A stretch of 31,878 nt of DNA, from positions 1 through 31,878 of the IMG/VR virus record IMGVR_UViG_3300002920_000008. The stretch is one strand, 5' to 3'. The notes beneath the pieces were generated by a model. It had not been told where the DNA came from. It ran no database searches and was given only the letters and a program-made list of their open reading frames with translations. The DNA is from a virus. Shown piece after piece: positions 25,575-31,878 of the stretch. Within the stretch, counting starts at the first letter, position 1, and each line of letters begins with the position of its first letter. The translations under genes and the position numbers were made by a program.

Positions 25575-27898
25575 TGAGCGTAGTAAACGGTCAGAAAGTT
25601 GAGGCATCAGTAGTTAACAATGCTTTCATGAGCAGGCTAGACAACACAAGTACTGTTGGGAAAGTTGCCCTTCAAAACACTGATGCCGGTAGCGGATCAG
25701 CTATAATCAACACACAAGGATATATTAACAAGCTGGCTAATATTTTAGGGACTAGCGAACTAGACGCAACGCCACTAAACTATATTTCAAACGATGTTGT
25801 AGCCGATGGGGATAATCACAAAGTAGCGATTGAGAAGCTTGACGCATATGCTGGAGACTTAAGAACTGACGTTACTACTCTACAAACTGCTGTAGCTAAT
25901 ATTCAGGCCGAGCAGATTGTTCAGAATAATAGGCTTACAACTATTGAAAGTTCTGACTCTACTTTTGGAGGTAACAAGACATTTTCAGGGAGTGTCACAA
26001 TACAAGGTAACTTAGATGTTAACGGAACACTCACCACTATTAACAGCACTCAACTTGAAGTCACGGATCCTCTTATAACACTAAATGATGGCGGTACAGA
26101 TGTTACTGCCAACGGTGCAGGAATTGAAATTGAAAGGCCATCCGGAAACGCTGCAATAGTTTTCGATCCAGCACTTGCATCTAAGTTTAAGATCGGACTA
26201 TTAACTAGCTTATACGAAGTAGTTGTTTCCGGTGTTGCTCAAGTTGTTTCTGGTATAAAAGACTTCATTACAGGGATAAAAACGGACACTATTAACGAGT
26301 CAACCCTCAATGCTGGTGTTACCGTTGATGCCGTCTTAATTAAAGACGGATTAGTTGATGGACGAGACGTGTCAGCAGATGGGACAACTTTGGACGGTCA
26401 TACTACCACACTTGGAACACACACAACCCAGATCGGTCAACTTCAAACAGACGTATCGAACATCCAAGCCGAGCAGGTAACGCAAAACAATAGGCTAACG
26501 AACATTGAAAGTAACAATTCAACATTTGGAGGAAACAAAACTTTTACAGGCAATGTAGATGTTCAAGGCAATTTAAATGTAGTTGGATTGCTACAAAAGC
26601 AGTCAGATTATAGTGTTAAAGTTTCTAACAACATGGTAACTTTAAACTCGTCTAATACTGCTTTAGCTGCTGAGGGCGGTGGGATTGAGATCGCGCGCGC
26701 CGCCTCTCCTAGTGCTCGAATTGAGTTTGATTCCTCTTTACCATCTAAATTTAAGATTGGTCTTACTTCTCAATTAAACGAAGTTTTAGTTTCTGGCCCT
26801 GCTCAAACGGTTTCAGGTTTAAAAACTTTCACTTCTGGGATTGCTACTGCTTCTGTTGCTGAAACCGTATCAGGAAGCGGGGTTACTGTAGCCAATACAT
26901 TGATTAACAACGGCAGTGTTGCCGGTGTTAACATAGCAGGTTTGCAGACTACTGTTGGCAACCTTCAAACATGGCAAACAACAGCACAGAACGATATAAG
27001 CAACCTTCAAACAAATGTTAATGGTCTTCAGACATGGAAGACTTCAGTTGACTCTGGGAATCACACATTTTCTGGTAACAAGACGTTTTCAAACGATGTA
27101 ACTGTTCAAGGTAAATTGACTGTTAATGATATAGTTATCAACTCATCGCTTGTGCTTGGGGCAACAGTCAACACACAAAACGGTTTCAACGTAACACTTA
27201 ACGTTAACTCGCCATATGTATCACTTGAGTCGGATTTTATGCCCCTTGAGAGTGTAGTCGCGATAACAGCTCCTCCTGATACTAGGATGGTAACTATTGT
27301 TAATAACGGTATTATGCCTGTTACCTTCAAACATAATGCTTCCCCTACTGACTCCAGAATTAGGGTTAGTAATGAGAAAGACTTAAAATTAAAACCAAGG
27401 CAACACGCTGTTTTTATATACAACACACATATGATGGGCAAGGGTTGGATGGTATCAGCAGGCTCTAGTCCTACAGTCAAAACTTTTGAGATGAAAATTA
27501 GAGGCAACTACGGGGGTATGGCTCCAAAGAATGCTGTAGACGGCTTTTGGATCAATAATGACCCAATCAATATCTTTAAAGTTTATCTCTATCAGATAAC
27601 CCCCGGAACTGGCGGAACTACCACGATAGACATTAAACGGACTCCGTTCGGTCCTAGCTCGACAACTTACTCACTCTTTTCTACACTTCCTTCGGTAACA
27701 CCTGCTGCGGGTTCTAATGCTTGGTGTGGGATGGGTGACAGCGTTACTGGATTTACAATGCCTGCGACATTCGCTGGTGGCATTGCTGAGCTTACTGGCA
27801 TAGGTCCCAAGACAGCTTTTAGATTAGATCTAATTAGTGCTCAAACTGGCTCACCTGCTGATGTAGGTGTTATAGTATATTACTATGATGCTCAGTAG
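25574..27898 (+). CDS. Tail fibre protein with repeated modules
   Basis: A 774-aa protein rich in Thr, Gly, Asn and Val. The motif TF(G/S)GNKTF..V.(V/I)QG.L.V occurs three times and there are coiled-coil-like LQT repeats. It lies downstream of the tape measure. Confidence 0.65.
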   Translation: MSVVNGQKVEASVVNNAFMSRLDNTSTVGKVALQNTDAGSGSAIINTQGYINKLANILGTSELDATPLNYISNDVVADGDNHKVAIEKLDAYAGDLRTDVTTLQTAVANIQAEQIVQNNRLTTIESSDSTFGGNKTFSGSVTIQGNLDVNGTLTTINSTQLEVTDPLITLNDGGTDVTANGAGIEIERPSGNAAIVFDPALASKFKIGLLTSLYEVVVSGVAQVVSGIKDFITGIKTDTINESTLNAGVTVDAVLIKDGLVDGRDVSADGTTLDGHTTTLGTHTTQIGQLQTDVSNIQAEQVTQNNRLTNIESNNSTFGGNKTFTGNVDVQGNLNVVGLLQKQSDYSVKVSNNMVTLNSSNTALAAEGGGIEIARAASPSARIEFDSSLPSKFKIGLTSQLNEVLVSGPAQTVSGLKTFTSGIATASVAETVSGSGVTVANTLINNGSVAGVNIAGLQTTVGNLQTWQTTAQNDISNLQTNVNGLQTWKTSVDSGNHTFSGNKTFSNDVTVQGKLTVNDIVINSSLVLGATVNTQNGFNVTLNVNSPYVSLESDFMPLESVVAITAPPDTRMVTIVNNGIMPVTFKHNASPTDSRIRVSNEKDLKLKPRQHAVFIYNTHMMGKGWMVSAGSSPTVKTFEMKIRGNYGGMAPKNAVDGFWINNDPINIFKVYLYQITPGTGGTTTIDIKRTPFGPSSTTYSLFSTLPSVTPAAGSNAWCGMGDSVTGFTMPATFAGGIAELTGIGPKTAFRLDLISAQTGSPADVGVIVYYYDAQ
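25898..26920 (+). repeat. Two ~150-aa tandem modules within the fibre gene (offset 561 nt), with a third partial copy near 27063-27130
   Basis: NIQAEQIVQNNRLTTIESSDSTFGGNKTFSGSVTIQGNLDVNG...SKFKIGL...VSGVAQVVSGIKDF is repeated as NIQAEQVTQNNRLTNIESNNSTFGGNKTFTGNVDVQGNLNVVG...SKFKIGL...VSGPAQTVSGLKTF. Confidence 0.8.
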
Positions 27899-27913
27899 AA
27901 AACGGAGTTAAAT

Positions 27914-28129
27914 ATGAGTTTGAAAGACATTAACATATCAATTAGAACAGCTCTTGAGGCTATTATAGTTCCCATCATTTCCTACGGTGTTTATCTGCTA
28001 AATGATATGAATCAGAACATTCAGAAGTTAAACACACAAGTGGCAATTATATTAGCAGAGCGTGATGTTACCAAGGATATTTTAAAAGATCATGAGTCAA
28101 GGTTACGTTTTTTAGAAGGGAGAAAGTAA
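27914..28129 (+). CDS. Small single-pass membrane protein, holin candidate
   Basis: A 71-aa protein with one hydrophobic segment (ALEAIIVPIISYGVYLL) and a charged C-terminus. It lies upstream of the lysis genes. Confidence 0.3.
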   Translation: MSLKDINISIRTALEAIIVPIISYGVYLLNDMNQNIQKLNTQVAIILAERDVTKDILKDHESRLRFLEGRK

Positions 28130-28130
28130 G

Positions 28131-28496
28131 ATGGCTACATATTTCGGTACAAGTTTAAAATTCGTTCAGAAGGTTAAGCAATATGATAATAATAAAAATA
28201 TAGAGCAAATAGATTACTTTGTTCCAAGTAACCATTATCTCATTTTAAGTTATTTAGGGGCCGCTTCTCATTATTATTCAGTCATCCAAAACTATAGTGT
28301 TATTCTATATGTTGACGACGTTTTGGCTTTTAAATATTATGAACCAAATACTAGCTATATAGAATATGTCCATCATTTTTCTGGTGGTCTCTATTGCCCC
28401 GGACCTACAACAGTAACTTTGCGAATTTTCGGGTCAGATTATAAATATATGAGTAGAACAAAGTATTTTGTCGGAGCACTATTTACAAACGGTTAA
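28131..28496 (+). CDS. Hypothetical Tyr-rich protein
   Basis: A 121-aa AT-rich ORF. No motif. Confidence 0.4.
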   Translation: MATYFGTSLKFVQKVKQYDNNKNIEQIDYFVPSNHYLILSYLGAASHYYSVIQNYSVILYVDDVLAFKYYEPNTSYIEYVHHFSGGLYCPGPTTVTLRIFGSDYKYMSRTKYFVGALFTNG

Positions 28497-28529
28497 CAAT
28501 AATTAGTAACATAACAAAGGAGGAAACAA

Positions 28530-28727
28530 ATGAAACCAGAAATTAAATACGAAAACGGAATGCTAGTAGCTAGCATTAAAGTTGGTGTTGATACTGACAA
28601 GGATGGTATCAATGCAATTGGGGCAGATGTTACTGTTTACATTGACCCAAAAGAGGCCGTTACTGAGATTATTAAGACAGAAGTCCCCCAATGGTTAAAA
28701 GACTTATTAGCTAAAAAGGGAGAGTAA
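28530..28727 (+). CDS. Hypothetical small acidic protein
   Basis: A 65-aa ORF with the strong SD AAGGAGG. Confidence 0.5.
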   Translation: MKPEIKYENGMLVASIKVGVDTDKDGINAIGADVTVYIDPKEAVTEIIKTEVPQWLKDLLAKKGE

Positions 28728-28728
28728 C

Positions 28729-29034
28729 ATGGGTTTGACTGGTTGGGCAAGCAGGAAAGCTGCAATTAAAGTTATAATGGCCAAGGTTGGCGCTGGCCTT
28801 GCCGGACCAGTCGCATTTGTTTTAAGCCTTTTGATTGACAAGATATTGCTTAGGATTCAAGAAGAGTTTAACCGATGGGCTAATCAAAAGGCACAAGACA
28901 AAAGAAACGATGAGTTAAAGAAAATAGATGAAGAGAAGGCAAAAGAGTATAAGAATGTTATAGGTAACAGTAATTCAACCGAAAAGGATATAGAAGATGC
29001 GAGCCTTGACTTTCTTAATTCTGGTCGCAAGTAG
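28729..29034 (+). CDS. Membrane-anchored coiled-coil protein, i-spanin-like (or holin)
   Basis: An N-terminal hydrophobic segment (VGAGLAGPVAFVLSLLI) followed by a charged helical region. The 3' end overlaps the next lipoprotein-like gene by 38 nt. Confidence 0.4.
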   Translation: MGLTGWASRKAAIKVIMAKVGAGLAGPVAFVLSLLIDKILLRIQEEFNRWANQKAQDKRNDELKKIDEEKAKEYKNVIGNSNSTEKDIEDASLDFLNSGRK

Positions 29035-29278
29035 TGCTTGTGCTACCAAAGCTCCGACACCTCCAAGAGTTGACTTATATCAACCTATCTTAAAACATAA
29101 TCGATGCAATGTTTATAGGATGAACAACGATGAGCAATGGGAAATAAAGGAGCGGTTACCAATTGATGCTTGCAATGGTATCTTTGGTGTTACTGCTGAT
29201 GATTTTAACAAGTTGCGTGACTACTCACGAAGATTAAAAACATTCATAGAAAATAATTGTAATTGTGGGAACAAATAA
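28997..29278 (+). CDS. Secreted or lipoprotein, o-spanin-like
   Basis: The signal peptide MRALTFLILVASSAC has a Cys at a lipobox-like position (the -3 residue is atypical). A Pro-rich segment follows. The gene starts inside the preceding gene, the overlapped spanin architecture. Confidence 0.4.
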   Translation: MRALTFLILVASSACATKAPTPPRVDLYQPILKHNRCNVYRMNNDEQWEIKERLPIDACNGIFGVTADDFNKLRDYSRRLKTFIENNCNCGNK

Positions 29279-30075
29279 TGATACGACGTATTATTAAGTT
29301 TTTCAAAGGCGTATTTAAATCAAAACATTCTGTAAGTTCTTCAAGCGAAGATAATGCATCATTTGAAACACTTGGCGAATCACCTGTTTTATCTGATATG
29401 CCCACAAGTCAAAAGAAAGTGTTACTGAGATATCCGAAGGCCATTGAAGGGCGTAGAATGGTTACTTATGGACGATATAGATATGGTTATCCTGAGGGGG
29501 TTGTTATACATTATACAGCCGGCTGGGATCGTGATTTTAAAGATGCATTAAACACTTTTAACTGGGGTGTTGATGAAAAGCTTTGTTTTGATCTTATAGC
29601 TCCGAAGGGAGAGTTAATAACGGGCGCTCCTTTGGACGAGTTTGGATCTCATGCGGGTTTAAGCAAATGGAAAGGGTTACCAGGCGATAGGCTTTCAAAG
29701 TTTTTAAGAGGAATTGAGGTAGCAAGTGGCGGGAAGTTAAATAGGAATCTTGAGACTGATTTCCATAGGAAATACACAGATGATCAAGTTAGGACCCTTG
29801 ATTTTACAACACCTGAGTGGGGTCAAGCTGGAATCTATTCAAAATTCACTAAGGAGCAAGAGGCTACTTTAACTGATTATATATTGTGGCTTTATAAGAA
29901 TTCTCCAATTAGAAACGGCGAGAGGGTTTTTAAACTAGACTTTGTTTTGGCACATCACGAGGTGTCAGGACTTGCGGGTTTAGGTTACTGGAGAAAGCCT
30001 GACTGTGGTGGATGTCTTTCGATGCCGATGAATATGTATCGGGATTATTTAAAGGAACTAGCTCGTGGCATTTAA
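29278..30075 (+). CDS. N-acetylmuramoyl-L-alanine amidase (Amidase_2 / T7-lysozyme-like) endolysin
   Basis: GVVIHYTAGW, LAHHEVSG and RKPDCGG give the His/His/Cys zinc triad pattern of Amidase_2. The start is moved to the ATG at 29278 (TAATG overlap) from the TTG at 29263. Confidence 0.7.
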   Translation: MIRRIIKFFKGVFKSKHSVSSSSEDNASFETLGESPVLSDMPTSQKKVLLRYPKAIEGRRMVTYGRYRYGYPEGVVIHYTAGWDRDFKDALNTFNWGVDEKLCFDLIAPKGELITGAPLDEFGSHAGLSKWKGLPGDRLSKFLRGIEVASGGKLNRNLETDFHRKYTDDQVRTLDFTTPEWGQAGIYSKFTKEQEATLTDYILWLYKNSPIRNGERVFKLDFVLAHHEVSGLAGLGYWRKPDCGGCLSMPMNMYRDYLKELARGI

Positions 30076-31878
30076 TGTTACCAAGAGAGCAAGAGCACTA
30101 TTTGAACAAACTGAGATTAAGCCTAACCTAGTTTTAAAGATCGACGGTTATAACAAGTTATTTGGCGTACAGGCTATAAGAGATGATGCGATCTTTGGTT
30201 ATAATAACATTGAATTTGGTGACGTTGGTCTTGTGTTTGGAGGGCTTGCAGAAATATCGGATCAACGTGACTTAATATCATTAAGCGGGACTAGTACCGA
30301 GATCAACCAGCAATTGGAGCCGGATCAGGGTAACGTTTCAAGTGTTCAGAAGATGACAATACGCTTGGTTGATCAAGCTGAGGAGATGACTAGGCTTGTT
30401 AGTCCGGGGTTCGTGTTTGATGATATTTTGTACAAGTATGCTCAAGTGTATATTGGACACACTGACAGCGCTTTCCCTGATGACTATATTGAGCTTTTTA
30501 ATGGTAACATTCAAGGGGTTAGATACGGAGCTGGATTTGTAGAGCTTGAGATAGTGAACCCTGAGGATTTTCAGAGGGCTGAGCTATTTACGAAGGCCGA
30601 GGCTATTGTTACTCAACCAATTAACTATAATTCTCGTAACATTCAAGGGATATTATTTAAGGCACATGACCATGTTACTGGCGTTGTTCAGGTAAATATC
30701 GTTTCAGGTGCGAGCGGTGATAACGCAGTTGTATCGGTTTCAGGTAATGACATAACTATACAGATTAACACATCTGCAACCAAGATAAAGACAATTAAAA
30801 AGGCTGTTGACGATGATTCATCATGCCGTCAGTTAGTAGAGGTTAGTTACTTAGCAGGGACTAACAAGGAGGCTATAGCTACTACTACAGGCGGCTTTGT
30901 ACAGCTTTTAAATGATACCACTATCTACTTAGATGACGTTAAGTTGTTTTTAGATCCTGTCGGTAACCTTTTTAAGACTTATATTAAGGTTGGCGAGGAG
31001 ATAATAGAATACACGGGCAGGGATGTAGTTAACAACACGCTAACAGGATGTGTAAGAGCGTCATTAAATACGATAGGCAAATATCACAAAAGTGGCGAGA
31101 CGGCTGAGAGTTTTTACAAGTTGGGTGATGGGACAAGTAACAATGGCAATGCGATTGACTTAGCTTTAAAGGTGTTACTGAGCGGTCAGGAAGACCCTAA
31201 TTACATCACGAATTTACCAGTGTTAGCTTTTGCTAAGTACGGGACTTTTGACACAAACCCTAATGCTGTATACTTTAGTAACCAAGATTTAGAACGAGAG
31301 TTTGGCATAGTTGCTGGAGATTTTGTTACTATAACTGGTGCTACCAACGCAGCCAACAATATAGTTAATTTACCTGTTAAGACAGTTATTAAGGGCAATG
31401 GCTTTAGTGCTTTGGAGTTTAATCATACTTTTGTAATTGAGTCTACTGGTGCAGTTGCCAGTGCAAAGAGTCAATACAATGTGTTACCTGACGGCCTAGG
31501 GTTATTACCTAGGCAAGTGGATATTTTAAGGTTTTTAGAGATCAAGAAAATATATTATTCTGATATCTCTTTAAATGAGATATATATAAAAAACACGGTT
31601 AGGGCAAGCGAGTTATTAAACAAGCAGTTATATTTGCCATCTGGGTTATTCTCGTTACCAAGAAGAGGAAGGGTTAGTGTCGGTTTTCTAGCACCTCCAT
31701 TGTTTGATCCTCTGATGAAGACATTAAACCTTGATACCGTGAAGAATATTGACGGGGTAACAATCAACAGAACGACGACAAGGAACTTTTATAACGCGAT
31801 TATATACAAATATAACGAGGACTCTTTAGAAGACAAGTTCACAAGCGGTCGAGTCTATTTAAGTGTAGACTCTACGAA
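30065..31878 (+). CDS. N-terminal part of the ~915-aa wrap-around tail tip / host-specificity-like protein (continues at 1..1011)
   Basis: The frame is open from the TAG at 30059-30061 to the window end with no stop. The first start candidate is GTG at 30065, overlapping the amidase stop. The ORF is absent from the track because it runs off the edge. Confidence 0.7.
   Translation, partial: MAFNVTKRARALFEQTEIKPNLVLKIDGYNKLFGVQAIRDDAIFGYNNIEFGDVGLVFGGLAEISDQRDLISLSGTSTEINQQLEPDQGNVSSVQKMTIRLVDQAEEMTRLVSPGFVFDDILYKYAQVYIGHTDSAFPDDYIELFNGNIQGVRYGAGFVELEIVNPEDFQRAELFTKAEAIVTQPINYNSRNIQGILFKAHDHVTGVVQVNIVSGASGDNAVVSVSGNDITIQINTSATKIKTIKKAVDDDSSCRQLVEVSYLAGTNKEAIATTTGGFVQLLNDTTIYLDDVKLFLDPVGNLFKTYIKVGEEIIEYTGRDVVNNTLTGCVRASLNTIGKYHKSGETAESFYKLGDGTSNNGNAIDLALKVLLSGQEDPNYITNLPVLAFAKYGTFDTNPNAVYFSNQDLEREFGIVAGDFVTITGATNAANNIVNLPVKTVIKGNGFSALEFNHTFVIESTGAVASAKSQYNVLPDGLGLLPRQVDILRFLEIKKIYYSDISLNEIYIKNTVRASELLNKQLYLPSGLFSLPRRGRVSVGFLAPPLFDPLMKTLNLDTVKNIDGVTINRTTTRNFYNAIIYKYNEDSLEDKFTSGRVYLSVDST
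31802..31878. repeat. 77-bp terminal overlap identical to bases 1-77 (circular closure of the contig)
   Basis: Direct comparison shows atatacaaatataacgagg...gtgtagactctacgaa at both ends. The reading frame of the flanking ORF is preserved across the join. Confidence 0.95.

Larger units (their letters stand above)
1..31801. mobile_element. Complete circularly closed tailed-phage genome (siphovirus-like: tail tube, G/GT chaperones, tape measure, no sheath)
   Basis: There is a full set of packaging, head, tail, lysis, replication and recombination genes. The two window ends overlap by 77 identical bases. One long ORF is continuous across the junction. Confidence 0.85.

Noticed and set aside
22396-27898. 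Repeats in the tape measure and fibre genes as CRISPR or other non-coding arrays
   Set aside because: They are long (over 280 nt), diverged, in frame and translate into coherent duplicated protein modules. There are no short spacer-separated repeats anywhere in the window.
694-31767. Antisense or alternative-frame shadow ORFs from the track: 694..954, 1894..2124, 4127..4363, 7533..7715, 9024..9257, 9300..9548, 10262..10483, 10408..10596, 10760..10942, 12623..12808, 12702..12977, 14089..14334, 14835..15218, 15228..15440, 15941..16129, 16267..16572, 17792..18040, 18757..18957, 19063..19257, 19729..19956, 19986..20210, 22443..22781, 22890..23099, 23226..23555, 27106..27507, 31201..31398, 31555..31767
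   Set aside because: Each is nested within or mostly overlaps a longer, better supported gene on the other strand or frame. They lack ribosome-binding sites and have low-complexity translations.
31802-31878. The 77-bp end repeat as a biological direct terminal repeat
   Set aside because: It lies in the middle of a continuous ORF, and its length equals a common assembler k-mer size. Circular closure or permutation is the more likely explanation.

Overview
The window is a complete, circularly closed tailed dsDNA phage genome with siphovirus-like organisation. Bases 1-77 are identical to 31802-31878, so the unique length is about 31,801 bp.

Layout:
- Plus strand: an early replication and recombination module (replisome organizer with in-gene iterons, G39P-like loader, PD-(D/E)XK exonuclease, RecT-like annealase, small HTH proteins). 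It is followed by packaging and head genes (TerS, TerL, portal, scaffold, major capsid) and connector genes. Next come the major tail protein, the G/GT chaperones with a -1 frameshift, the tape measure and a repeat-containing fibre. The strand ends with a lysis cassette (amidase and an overlapped spanin-like pair) and a ~915-aa tail protein that wraps across the window ends and is therefore missing from the ORF track.
- Minus strand (1652-4959): a ParB-like nuclease-domain protein, a Dam-family adenine methyltransferase, a very AT-rich cluster of small ORFs ending in a ribbon-helix-helix protein, a RusA-like resolvase and a Cys-rich protein.
- No integrase, repressor, tRNA or CRISPR array was seen.

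Most interesting observations:
1. A roughly 460-nt GC-rich, helix-dense non-coding locus (4989-5451, probably minus strand) with its own promoter and GNRA-capped hairpins. I cannot assign it to a known RNA family.
2. An operator-controlled small-ORF plus RHH operon with acr-aca-like anti-defence architecture.
3. A roughly 3.4-fold genome-wide excess of the quasi-palindrome GTWAC, which is missing from the AT-rich island.

All protein calls rest on motifs I recognise by eye and on synteny. No database search was possible.
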